DNA from: Octopus bimaculoides
Lineage: Eukaryota
Length of the DNA: 36,908 nucleotides
Direction of reading: 5' to 3'
NCBI RefSeq assembly: GCF_001194135.2
Contig: NC_068990.1
Location: forward strand, 3,579,469-3,616,376
The position numbers and the translations under genes are program-made. Of this stretch, positions 1 through 10,510 are shown in pieces (the stretch's first letter is position 1; each line of letters starts with the position of its first letter). Under the pieces are notes generated by a model. The model was not told the origin of the DNA. It saw nothing but the letters and a program-made list of their open reading frames with translations, and did not search any database.

Positions 1-175
1 AAGATTACCGAAAAAAGAAACACACATAAATACACTCACGGAAAACCCGAAACGCACATGCACACATACGTGTATGAAGAATCACGCCCGCGCAATCACA
101 ATGATATATGTAAATGTGAGCATGCTTGATAACGTTTGTGTAGAATAGACTGTGCTGTAAAATACGCAAACCCAG

Positions 176-222
176 TGAGGTGCTCCAGCATGGCCGCAGT
201 CAAATGACTGAAACAAGTAAAA
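176..222 (+). mobile_element. SINE family B, isolated 3' tail fragment
   Basis: ggtgctccagcatggccgcagtcaaatgactgaaacaagtaaaa matches the reverse complement of the ends of the longer copies at 33586 and 35891. Confidence 0.8.
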
Positions 223-226
223 TAGC

Positions 227-380
227 ATATATATTTATATACATACATATATACATACATATATACATACATATATATATATACATACATATATATATAT
301 ATACATAAATAAACATACACACACGCACAAACGTACGTACACACATACATACGCGTATATATGTGTGTGTATAAATGTAT
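227..380. repeat. Compound (TA)n/(TACA)n/(CA)n microsatellite
   Basis: Directly visible. Confidence 0.95.
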
Positions 381-384
381 GATT

Positions 385-594
385 GGTATCTTTTATCTTT
401 TACTTCAGTTATTTTACTTTTGCCATCCTGGGACACTGACAGGAAGGGTTTTAGTCCAATGAATCGACTCAATCATTTGTTAAAGCCTGGTACTTAATCA
501 GATGTTTTTTTTTTAGCCAAACAGCTAGGTTACTGGGACATAAACAAACACGAATCGTTGACAAGTGAGGATGTTTGAAAAGCACAAACACGCA

Positions 595-600
<6 letters not shown>
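385..600 (-). mobile_element. SINE family B, decayed 3' half running into a (CA)n tract
   Basis: ttcagttattttac...ttttagtccaatgaatcgactc...aagcctggtactta...tcgttgacaag aligns by eye with 33610-33790. Confidence 0.6.
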
Positions 601-657
<57 letters not shown>

Positions 658-660
658 TTG
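590..660. repeat. (CA)n + (TA)n microsatellite
   Basis: Directly visible. Confidence 0.95.
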
Positions 661-664
661 TATA

Positions 665-986
665 TGTAAAGAATAAAAAGATTTGAATAGTACAACAATG
701 CACTATAACACAAACAATGGGCTATATACCTGTTGTAATTTAGTTATCTAGAGTCTGATAATATTTCGAAATAAAATTCCATCTTCAGATATTCTTAGAT
801 GGGATCGCTGCAAAAATCGGTTTTCCAATGGCTTTTATAGCAGTGACTCCATCTAAGAATATTCGAAGAAGTAATTTTATTCCGAATTATTATCAGACTG
901 TAGATAACTAAATTACAACAGGTATATAGCCCATTGTTTGTGTTATAGTGCATTTTTGTACCATTCAAAATTCGTTATTCTTTACA
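665..986. mobile_element. Fold-back / MITE-like palindromic element with ~150-bp arms and a short spacer
   Basis: 697-750 is the exact reverse complement of 901-954 (54 bp). Pairing continues with scattered mismatches out to 665/986 and in to about 811/839. The inverted repeat is certain; MITE origin is inferred. Confidence 0.75.
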
Positions 987-1121
987 AACAATATTCAATG
1001 CTTCAAGCGAACTACAATACTCTCATATATATATANNNNNNNNNNATACACATATAACTATGTATGTATATGAATCCATACATAATTATAAATATACATG
1101 TATATATGTTTTTTATGTAAA

Positions 1122-1288
1122 CAGTATAAATTTATAGGTTACTAATAGTTTCATGCATTGGACATGTTTTCTAGGTAGGTTTTTAATAACGCGCCTATTA
1201 TTTCCAAGCAGCCTTTGTGCTTGAAGACACTAGGCGTGTTATTAAAACCTGCATAAAAGACATAATAGCAGTTCATAAATTTATACTG
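1122..1288. mobile_element. Small MITE-like element with CAGT...ACTG termini (Tc1/mariner-type ends) and internal inverted repeats
   Basis: acagtataaatttat (1121-1135) is the reverse complement of 1275-1289. An inner pair is 1177-1197 / 1231-1250. The flanks are aa and tg rather than a perfect TA duplication. Confidence 0.6.
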
Positions 1289-1324
1289 TGTTCATTAGAT
1301 AATATTTATCTATCAACAGATGGA

Positions 1325-1462
1325 AACATTCACTCAGTTGGTCGCCCTGGAGCGATAGTGAAAGGCAATTAACAATGGTGTCACGCAGTGGGAAGGGAAG
1401 GAACCCAGAACGATGTGGTAGGGAAGCAGCAAACCTCCTAGAACATAGCCTCAGCTGTGCCT
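1325..1462 (-). mobile_element. SINE family B, decayed 5' half (tRNA-like head)
   Basis: cacgcagtggg...gaacccagaacgatgtggtagggaagc resembles 34245-34305 and 36128-36170. Confidence 0.55.
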
Positions 1463-1717
1463 AGAGCGAGTGTGTATATTTGAAGAGGTACTTACCGAAC
1501 TGTTTAAAATTCGGAAATGTTTGTAGCATTAAAGAGAAAGTTACTTCATTCTTGTACGACAGTTTGTAAATTGATGTGTAGCCAGGACAATCGAATTCTT
1601 CCCACCCACTCTTTTACTCTGCGGACATATGTAAGTTTGTGTGTGTTTTTATATATAATGATGCGCCGAATTCCAACGGCCCGTAAAATTGTAATGGGTT
1701 GTTGTGTCAAAGTTATA

Positions 1718-1889
1718 TTTGTTTCAAATTTCGGCACAACGTCAAAGATTTCGAGGAAGGCATTAAGTCGATTACATCGACCCCAGTTTCAATTACATCG
1801 AAAGATGAAGTTGAGCCCGGTGGAATTTGAACTCAGAAAGGAAAGACGCATTTTATGCTGCATGCTAACGATTCTGTAAGCTCGCGGCC
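1718..1889 (-). mobile_element. SINE family A (tRNA head + Meta-domain-like core), internally deleted
   Basis: gtttcaaatttcggcacaac...tcgattacatcgacccc...ggaatttgaactcaga...gctaacgattctg matches other family A copies. Confidence 0.8.
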
Positions 1890-2491
1890 ATTATATCAAA
1901 GAACTCCCACCAAATATGTTGAATATCTACTTGCGTTTGTTTAATCACACATACGCACGCGCGCGCACGCATATTCATATTTGTTTTAAATTGATACAAA
2001 CAGTTCCAAAACAACAAAGGAGAGAATCTTAAAGCAAAAATAGAACGACGAAAATGCAGAATTATTCTCTTGTGTAACTATTGAAAAATAAAGTATTTAT
2101 TCATGTATTTATTGACAGCAACTCTCTTAAGTTGTTATATCCCATAAGAAGTGTCAAATAAAGTAGAAACATCGTACGAGAGAAATGTGTCTACAAATGC
2201 GGTTAGTCTGTTGTTGCAACCCTCTGTTACATGTGCACATTTCTAACGTGTTAAAAGACAAGCATAAACATACGACCACTAGAATAATGCTGATATCTAA
2301 CATTTCGATGGCAACTATGTTTAGATCAAATCCTCCCCACCAACTAACTGGTATTTAGCTGATAAGTCCCAGATTGCTAGACGTCACAGTCGCTATCGGA
2401 AATGTGTATCAAACACAAAACAAAAGCATAAGCTATTATCACGAGACAATGAAGTCCTACGTTTTAGTGAGTCTCCTACTCCACTGCTCTG

Positions 2492-2582
2492 TACTAAGCG
2501 ACATTTTGTCAAGATACTAAGCGACATTTTGTCAAGATACTAAGCGACATTTTGTCCGTCTTTACGTTCTGAGTTAAAATCC
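2492..2582 (+). repeat. 23-bp tandem triplication joined to a copy of part of the SINE at 3275-3326
   Basis: tactaagcgacattttgtcaaga twice (2492-2537) plus a partial third unit; 2531-2575 is identical to 3275-3319 (45 bp). Confidence 0.9.
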
Positions 2583-2789
2583 AGAATAGATACTCTGGTT
2601 AACTAATCGATATTAACATTATATATATGAGTGTTTATATGCATGTTTTTGAGTGTGTTGTAAGTGTGGATGTAATCGTTTGTGTACATATACACACGCA
2701 TTACTTTGTGTGTGTGTGTGTATGTATCTATTTACCTATATGTATGTATGTGTGTATAGATGTTTCTGGATGGTTCTATATTTTATTTG

Positions 2790-2836
2790 TTGCTCCAGCA
2801 TGACCACAGTCAAATGACTGAAACAAGTATAAGAAT
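2790..2836 (+). mobile_element. SINE family B, isolated 3' tail fragment
   Basis: tgctccagcatgaccacagtcaaatgactgaaacaagta, near-identical to 181-219. Confidence 0.8.
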
Positions 2837-3027
2837 ATAAATGTAGACTCTCTCCTGAATAAAACTCGAAAAGAATAGAGCTTGAAGTACGGACACAAAA
2901 TGAGTTTATATTCAATGTTATACGAATGCATTGAGACGCGTAAAGTTGTGATATATAATATTTTGTTACAATAAATATATATCACAATAGTTCTTGTTTC
3001 AGTGCATTGTAATTTGAAAAGTATATA

Positions 3028-3082
3028 TTTTACCTATTTCAGTCATTAGACTGCGACCATACTGGGGAACCACCTTGAAGCA
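3028..3082 (-). mobile_element. SINE family B, 3' tail fragment
   Basis: tttcagtcattagactgcgaccatactggggaaccacc matches 35901-35938. Confidence 0.75.
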
Positions 3083-3240
3083 TACTGTGACCATAGAATT
3101 TCCCAAATATTTGCAAGACATGCAATACTTAGATTATTTCTTAAAAGCTGAGCAACAAAAGAAACAGAATATTTTTCAAAATATTTTAGCCGCTGTTTTG
3201 ATGAGACCCCTGATTTTTTTTGTTAAATATTAATCGATAT

Positions 3241-3411
3241 TAAGGCGGCAAGCCGGCAGAATCTTTAGTACGGCGTCAAGATACTAAGCGACATTTTGTC
3301 CGTCTTTACGTTCTGAGTTCAAATCCCGCCGAAGTCGACTTTGCCTTTCGGGGCCGATAAAATGAATACCAATCAAGCGAAATTGCTGGTCTCGTGCCAA
3401 AATTTAGAACC
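3241..3411 (+). mobile_element. SINE family A with a 15-bp target-site duplication
   Basis: Head aaggcggcaagccggcagaa, B-box gagttcaaatccc, core gtcgactttgcctttc, tail gtgccaaaatttagaac. aatattaatcgatat flanks both sides (3226-3240 and 3412-3426). Confidence 0.9.
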
Positions 3412-3649
3412 AATATTAATCGATATCCAACTTGGTCTAATCTATGATTTAATTCAATGGTTTTACACTGACGTATGCCAGTTCGATTTTCTCCCGAAAT
3501 AAGCGAAAGGAAAAAAACTCATCTCCGCCTCTTTATTTATAAAACACGCTGCAGTTTGTCTTCATATAATCCGTACTTTTTCACCATAGTTTTGGACAAG
3601 TTCTATACATTAAAAATCATCTTAATTCTATTAAACGTAGCAATTTGAT

Positions 3650-3915
3650 TGCTTCTATTATCATCTGTACAGTCCTGTCTTCAAGAGGACGTGGCCTCGC
3701 ATGACAAAATGTCATCTAATTTATCCTAATGGTGACAGTCTCCTACTTGGGATGTCTGCATTAACCAAAGGGTTTTCTCCGTCTTTTCTAGTCTGTGAAT
3801 ATGACATGAGAAAAGTTTGGCTGGTTTTGTTGTACATGTACTAAGTACATGTTTCCTCCTTCACTCCCTACCTGACCTTTTATATATTTCGGTGATGTGC
3901 TCTGGAGTTTCCGTT
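3650..3915 (-). mobile_element. Decayed 3' end of an RTE-clade LINE
   Basis: Minus-strand translation PEHITEIYKRSGRE*RRKHVLSTCTTKPAKLFSCHIHRLEKTEK resembles the RTE C-terminal pattern W.EH.TNEEV..RA...R.L...IR.RQL.F.GH..R. It ends in a cacgtcctcttgaagacagga...gatgataat tail. Confidence 0.5.
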
Positions 3916-4006
3916 AAATAACTTACTTATTATAAACGAACAGCTTGTCTATTGCATATATGTCTGTGACAACCATCAACCATAAACATATTATACTATT
4001 TTAAGC

Positions 4007-4207
4007 ATTCCTTTCTACTATAGGTACAAATCTGAAATTAGGAGGGAGGGGGGGCTAGTCGATTACATCAACTCCAGTCCTTCACTGGATCCTGAGGAGA
4101 TGAAAGGCGAAGTCGACTTCGACAGAATTTGAACTCAGAACTTAAAGATGGGCGAAAGGCTGCTAGGTATTTTTCTCAGCGTTAACATTCTGCTAGCTTG
4201 CCGCCTT
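4007..4207 (-). mobile_element. SINE family A, tail variant ending ...tatagtagaaaggaat
   Basis: gatgaaaggcgaagtcgacttcgacagaatttgaactcagaac...tgctagcttgccgcctt. Confidence 0.85.
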
Positions 4208-4218
4208 ATTTGTGTTAA

Positions 4219-4419
4219 ATATTGGCTTCAGATTTTGGCACAAAGACAGGAAGTTCGGGGAAGGGAGCAATTCTATTAAACTGATCTCAGTTCTCAACTG
4301 GTACTCATTTTATCGACCTCCGAAGGATGAAAGGCGAAGTCGACCTCGGTGAAATTTGAACTCAGGACATAAAGACGGACCAAATGCCGCTCAGCATAAC
4401 TGTTCTGCCAACTCGCCTC
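4219..4419 (-). mobile_element. SINE family A, head-to-tail with the previous copy
   Basis: ggtactcattttatcgacctccgaaggatgaaaggcgaagtcgacctcggtgaaatttgaactcag. Confidence 0.85.
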
Positions 4420-5583
4420 TTTCTTTGAGCGTTAAATATCAAATCTCGCTAGACACTATGTTTCATGGCCTTTTCAAAAACCCTATTTATAGACTTCTAT
4501 ATTCTGTAGTATGTTTTAATGTCGCAAATACGGTGAGTTATTTGAAACTTAGATCGAACTGATCCTTCATTTATTGCCGTACGCAAATTTATTTCTTAAA
4601 CCGCCGTCTTTTCTCAAACAATGCTACAAATTAAGATAGGTTTTGTTTTTGCAATTAATATTGAAATATCTAAAGTATCAATTTAATTTATACATTATTT
4701 TTCGTTACTCTTGTGTTGAAATCTATTGTGTTATTCATTTAAATAATTTAAATATTTTAGAACCATGCCGTCTATTGTTAATGCAGGCAACCTTCCGTCA
4801 TATTTTTTATTCTATTTCTTTATTATTCTTGAAATTTTACATTCTTTCAATCTTAGAATAATTTCGTTACACCTCTGTAAACTTTTAATATCGGTACTTA
4901 GATTTAACTCTTTAACACAGTGCAAGTGTTCTTCGTGATGCACCTTCCCATGATGGTGTGTGTGTTCCGTTTCGGGTATGTATTCATATCAGTGTGTGTG
5001 TGTGTTTGTTTGAGCTGACTGTGTGTATGTCTGGTTGTATGCGTTTAAGTATGATTGTGTTTCAAGTTAGTAAATGAACAAAAAAAGTATAAGCAGAGAG
5101 AGAATATTGTAAATTTAGGAAAGGTTACGATATTCTCGCTTGGTTAAAGCTTTTTCATATCCTTGCTTGTTCTTCTTACTCGTTCGTAGCAGTGAATATT
5201 TCGTCTATCAACAGTGTTCGCCGCTTAAGCCTGGCAAGGCTTACCATGTTGTCATATATTATTTTTCGCCACTGATGTGATAAGATCGATTGTTATTTGT
5301 TTCAAGTTTTTCACGCCTTGTTGCACTGCTTATTATTCAAGGCATACTGTTCCTTCTTATATTTTTTCTAATCGCTGAATTTTTGGATTATTCTCGTCTC
5401 AGAACATTTGCTGTACATTTTCTGTAACCTTGTCATACCAGTATTTTTATTCGACTGCTTTCTGCAAGATATCATTGGGGGTCAAACTCCTTACGTGTGT
5501 GTGTTTGTATTGTGTGTGTTTTTGTGGGTATATTTGAACATTTCTGTGTGTACCGCTGGCTGCTTCGTATCTTTATTTTGGTA

Positions 5584-5586
5584 GAG

Positions 5587-5618
<32 letters not shown>
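5584..5618. repeat. (GATA)n microsatellite; a second short tract lies at 5733-5752
   Basis: Directly visible. Confidence 0.95.
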
Positions 5619-5619
<1 letters not shown>

Positions 5620-6009
5620 TTGTTTTTGGGAGTCGTTATTTTAGTAGAGAAATAGTAGTTTTGGCTGCTATTTCTAATTTTCAGTGTGTGTTGAAGCAAT
5701 ACTTGCTGAACCCTAAATTTTAAATTGTGTTTAGATAGATAGATAGATAGATAATATTATTTTTTTAAATGTAAACGTCTTAATATTGTTGCTTGGTTTA
5801 TGCTTTATCGGTAATGGAAATAACAATGTTACGGGAGGTGAAAAATTTAAATAAATAAATATTTTATGTATAATTTATACAATAATAGCGACTGAGAAAT
5901 TACAAATTACAATATGTACAAGTCTGATAATTGTTGAAGGTGTATTTTAAGCAAAATGCATATATTTTAATGGATATTTTGTGAGTGCTAACATCACAGG
6001 ATTGAGGAA

Positions 6010-6420
6010 ATCAGTAGAGCGCCAGAAAAATGTTACGTGATATCTTAGTGCCTACTCGCGTTCGAAGTGGCTATTGGAAGCTGACGTGGTTTTCCATTAT
6101 TACAGGCTAATAAAATAATTACCAGCCTTTCTTTGATGTCTACTTTATTGTACACTCATTCCAAGAAACAATGTTTGGGCCTTGTTCCAATTTTAGATAT
6201 TTGATATTTCATTTTGTTTAACGTGTGACCAAGCCAATATCAAATTCATAAGATGTACCAGTGTCCTGGCGTCGTCAACATAGTACTTGAAGTGGCTTTG
6301 CCTCGCAAACATTACTAGTACTTACAAAGTCTACACTCATTTGCGTCTGGCCAAAATAAACCAGTGTTTTTACTGGTATTGAGCACTAACCATATATCTT
6401 TATCGGCGGAAATAATGAAC
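6010..6420. promoter_or_regulatory. Possible promoter-like segment (CCAAT box next to a CRE/UPRE-like TGACGTGG; CpG-retaining)
   Basis: ATTGG at 6073-6077, TGACGTGG at 6082-6089, ggcggaaa near 6405. CpGs are more frequent by eye than in the flanks, and I recognised no TE. Motifs this short occur by chance. Confidence 0.25.
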
Positions 6421-6594
6421 GAAACACTTATATATATACAATAGTTAACGTATGTCAGTGTTTATATACATTCATTGACCTCTTAACAAAATTGAAGTTT
6501 GCTTTTACCTATTTTTTAATATTTTTACACTATTTGTATTCTTTCTGGTGAATAGTTTTATAAATAACTGTCTAGTCGCAGATCTGAGAATAAA

Positions 6595-6693
6595 ATGGCA
6601 CCATGTATCAGTGCGCTCGGTGTCCTGCTGTGTTATTTCCTGTTGTATTATCTATCAATATTCCGCATTGTTGAACTCAGTAACACAATCTAA
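6595..6693 (+). CDS. Candidate 32-aa hydrophobic small ORF MAPCISALGVLLCYFLLYYLSIFRIVELSNTI
   Basis: Strong start context aaaATGG and a hydrophobic core. Possible acceptor at 6580 and GTGAGT donor at 6872. No homology recognised. Confidence 0.15.
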   Translation: MAPCISALGVLLCYFLLYYLSIFRIVELSNTI

Positions 6694-8300
6694 TGATACA
6701 AGTATTCCGAGAACATCCCTGCTGCTACCCTCACAAAGAGTACGTATTTACCGCTTCGTGGACATAGCCAGTGAGAATGAGTGCAATATGTTACATCAGT
6801 GCAGTGAAGAGGACGTGGTGTGAAGTGTAGAAACTTCAAAAGATTAATCGACATCAACTCAACTCAAAGGTGTGAGTCTGGAATATTGGATAAAGTATGT
6901 CACTACTACCTTTTGCTACAAGCACGTATTATTTGGAAACCGAGAAAATCAGTAACAGGATGAAATATTCATAAAATAAAGCGAAAACGATTGGAAAATA
7001 TATTCACATCACCGTGTTTACATGTTCATATTTCTTGTGAGAATGTAGTTTTGTTGACAGTTTACCTAGTTTGAGAAAGTAATATTTGTTAACGGAGATT
7101 GTATGCTTGTTCCAATATAAGCTTACTGCCTTTGACACCAATGAAATTATGGTAAAATCTATATAGTAAGCCAATCCACCATATATTTACATAAAGCTAG
7201 CAAGTTTCAGTCAACACGTTAATTATTTTCTTTTAAATATCTAAATATAGATAACAGATTTTATGATATACATTATAATGCCACAAAGCGGTCTCAGCAG
7301 AGTGGCATAAGTTGAGGATAGTATGGCTATATGCCGCCTTGATGGGCTATAACTGAATATATCTGTATGTGTTGTTCAGAGATACACAAGATCAATAATT
7401 GTTAGCATACATAATACAAACTTGAACTCTTTGCATGAATTAAAGTAAAGAAAGCATTTGTAAATAAATCTTTCGTGAATTCTAGGTTTTGACAGTATCA
7501 TTTACGTTTGTAGAACATTAATAGAATAAAATATGTTGATCTGCAAAGATAAAATGATAAATGAAGGAGTACATCGGCTTTAAAAAACTTGGCATGTATT
7601 CAGGGTACTCTGAGAAAATGAATCAACGTAGAATTATGTTCCGAGCATAAATGGGTGACGAAACACTCGCAGTGGATTAGAACTATAAATTCCTTAGTCT
7701 AATATACAATAATTGATCGTTTAATGTCATCTTGAAAAAGAAGAAAAAAACGCATCTTGATCTTTAACATAAGAAACGAGAGGGTCCTCCAAATATCAGT
7801 ATAATGTTACATGAAGCAGTTATTTTCATTCATTAGAAATACGGATCTCTTGATGAAAAGCTAAATTGAACCAATCAATAAATGAAACTGCAGTAGCAGC
7901 ACCAGTTCAAAGACCCCTGTTCCTTAAAACTCAATCGCTAGACATGTTAACATTTCATCTAAGAAATATTTGTTAAATTGCCTGTGTGTTTCAGTAATTG
8001 GAATTTAAGAAAGAAGAGAAAAAGGAAACAGGAGGCAAAAACATGAAATAAATCAGATTCTGCATATATTTTCAAAGCAACGCTAGTAAAAATTGATTCA
8101 CACATATCTAAATAAATGTCATGATCAGAAAATTTCTTCTTTGATTAAGATATATGGCATTTGTCACTGACATTATCATGTTGCAGCAGTAAAATCTCTG
8201 GTTTAAAATGTGATTTTAATCTAACGACGTTTAGAAGAAAGTTTGGAGATCTTTAATAGTTGTCAAAAATGTGTCGCATAAGTATTTTATATTTAAGTGT

Positions 8301-8303
<3 letters not shown>

Positions 8304-8337
<34 letters not shown>

Positions 8338-9875
8338 TTTCATTTATTTGCCAAAAGGGTGAAGGATGATAGGGGACAATATAGACAGACATAATGAGTG
8401 AGTGTTTATATATAATGAAATTATAAAAAAAAACGATGTATACACGGTATACACTGAAAAAGAAGGGACATATAGCATACAAAGGTTTAAAAGAAGAAGC
8501 GGGGATGATAGAGATGTAGCCCTCCTGATAGAGGAGTACCTGTAGGGATATTCTAGGAACTCCACTGTCCGATATTTCCTTGAACACCAAGAGCAAGTGC
8601 CCTCTCCAATTCATTTACCCCGATTTACAAGACTACACTGAGAAAGGTAACACCCACTCTTGCCATATTCGCAACTTTCACTCACTTTTCAGTTAACTCA
8701 CTCGAGGATTTGCACTTCCATATCCATTCCTAGTTTCCTTTCCAAGTGAAACTTGGAGAGGTCAATGAGAGCTCTACCAAATAGGAATGTATCTGTCCTC
8801 ATGCCTTTCAGCCTTGTCCACCAAACAACCTCATTAGCCACCGCCACTAGGCAAATTAAAACTACCTTGCCTATCTGATTGAAAGCAATCATCACTACAG
8901 ACTCGGCCGACACACAAATCCATCTCACACGTGACAGCGGCTGTTCGACATAAACCCTCAAGTCAGCAATTCCCGAACATTGAACGAGTGGTGCACAACT
9001 GTTTCGTCACTCTGCACGTAGCTCAGAAAAGTTAGTCTGAAAAGGTAGTCAGAAAAGTTAGTATCCGCGCCTGTAGAGTTTATCTCGAATCGATAGCTCA
9101 CACTCGTAGCACTGCCAGGCCATGGAGATCCGGAAATTATCCATTATATTTCCCGACCGGAAATTCCTCCGGAACAAACCAGCAAATTCGTTTTCGTTGG
9201 TGCTTAGAGTCTCCCGAAAGCTTCGTCGCACTTTCCCGCCACTAATTCTCTATGAATTTCTAAAACGCATCATCCACCGAGCCCATTGCCCAACTGGTAG
9301 AGAGCCGTGAGCTCTTGAAGACATTCTAGGTGTCAGGTGCCCAGTCTCGGTATTTTCTTCACCTAAGACTGAAGCTCCGTCAAGGAGACGAGCTGTGGAA
9401 AGACGAGCCTCACAAACGAAGCCCACACACGCTCACAGCCCAGAAATTGTTTCAGGTGGAATAACCTAAGAGGGTGTCTGTGCATTAGGGGCCACAGCAT
9501 ACCTAATACGCTACTCAGAGGATGCTGACAACAGACTGACCGCTTGACCTTCCACAAGAAGTTAAATAACAGATGCTCCAGACTGGTTAAGCAATAACCG
9601 GAACAAGGCACGATAGCCACACGATAAATGATAACGGAGGTGATGTGTGCATCCACCACCTCTGCCCGACCTCTCAGGGGCAGCTTCCTCTCAGCCCATT
9701 TCTGGGTAAGACATGCAACCCAGTCCGCCACCACTTGCCAGTTCTTATCAACCTAGAGGTCGGAACCAAACCAGACCTCGAGCAGTTTAACTGGTCCGTC
9801 AGTCCAGCGTCTGATGACGCCGCCAGATGGCGTCGTCCTGCCTCTCCAGGAGCCATGTACAAGATCAACAGTTTC
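8304..9875 (-). mobile_element. 5'-truncated, decayed Tx1-like (L1 group) LINE: post-RT region, zinc-knuckle remnant, 3' UTR, AATAAA and (ATT)n tail
   Basis: Translations WAERKLPLRGRAEVVDAHITSVIIYRVAIVPC and, across a frameshift, SDETVVHALVQC...LRVYVEQ are typical of Tx1 ORF2. On the minus strand aataaa precedes the (att)n tail at 8304-8340. It is clearly homologous to 13455-13975. Confidence 0.85.
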
Positions 9876-9918
9876 GAGGTGGAAGAGATTGCTGAAGCAA
9901 TCTCACCACTTTTTGAAA

Positions 9919-9980
9919 GGTACTCAACTACATCGACTCCGGAAGAATGAAGTTAAAGTTAAACTTTGAGAGATTTGAAG
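9919..9980 (-). mobile_element. SINE family A core fragment, heavily decayed
   Basis: ggtactcaactacatcgactccggaagaatgaagttaaagtt...agatttgaa. Confidence 0.45.
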
Positions 9981-10067
9981 TGAGAAGGTACAATACCGGT
10001 ATAAATGCTACAAGGCATATCTTTTGGCCCTCCTAGGATTTTGTTAAACCACCTAATAACACAAATA

Positions 10068-10266
10068 ATTCTTTCAGCAATTTTCAGTGGAATTGTAAAT
10101 CGATAACATCGACACCAGTACTAGACTTGAACTTTATTTTATTGACTTCGAAGAAATGGAAGTATAGTTGACTTCCGCAGGATTTCAACTCAGAACGTAA
10201 CGAGTCAGAAGAAATACTGAAAGGCATTTGTTTAAACGATCTAACGATTCTACCAGTTCACCACCA
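10068..10266 (-). mobile_element. SINE family A (old copy)
   Basis: atcgataacatcgacaccag...gttgacttccgcaggatttcaactcagaacgtaa...ctaacgattctaccagttcacc. Confidence 0.75.
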
Positions 10267-10284
10267 AAGCAATAATAGTAATGA

Positions 10285-10486
10285 CCTCAAATGTTTGTGC
10301 AAGGTCGGCAATTTCAGGGTTAAATCGATTCGCTCGACCCCAGTGTTCGAATAGTACTTACTCTATATCGAAAGGATGAAAGCAAAGTCGACCTCGGCGG
10401 AATTTGAATTCAAAACATAAAGACGGACAAAATGCTGCTGAGCATTGTACCCGGGGTGCTTTTGATTCAGTTAACTCGCCGTCTTG
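10285..10486 (-). mobile_element. SINE family A
   Basis: gaaaggatgaaagcaaagtcgacctcggcggaatttgaattc. Confidence 0.85.
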
Positions 10487-10510
10487 ATAATAGTACTACT
10501 ACTAATAATA

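Noticed and set aside
1496-1499. Minus-strand CAG|TTCG|GTAAGT 4-nt microexon
   Set aside because: It would shift the frame and has a weaker pyrimidine tract; plausible by chance in 37 kb.
2492-2560. 23-bp direct repeats as a CRISPR-like array
   Set aside because: The units are contiguous with no spacers, derive from a nearby SINE, and lie in eukaryotic DNA with no cas genes.
6073-6089. ER-stress element (ERSE)
   Set aside because: The order and spacing of CCAAT and CCACG match neither CCAAT-N9-CCACG nor ATTGG-N-CCACG. Only a UPRE/CRE-like core remains.
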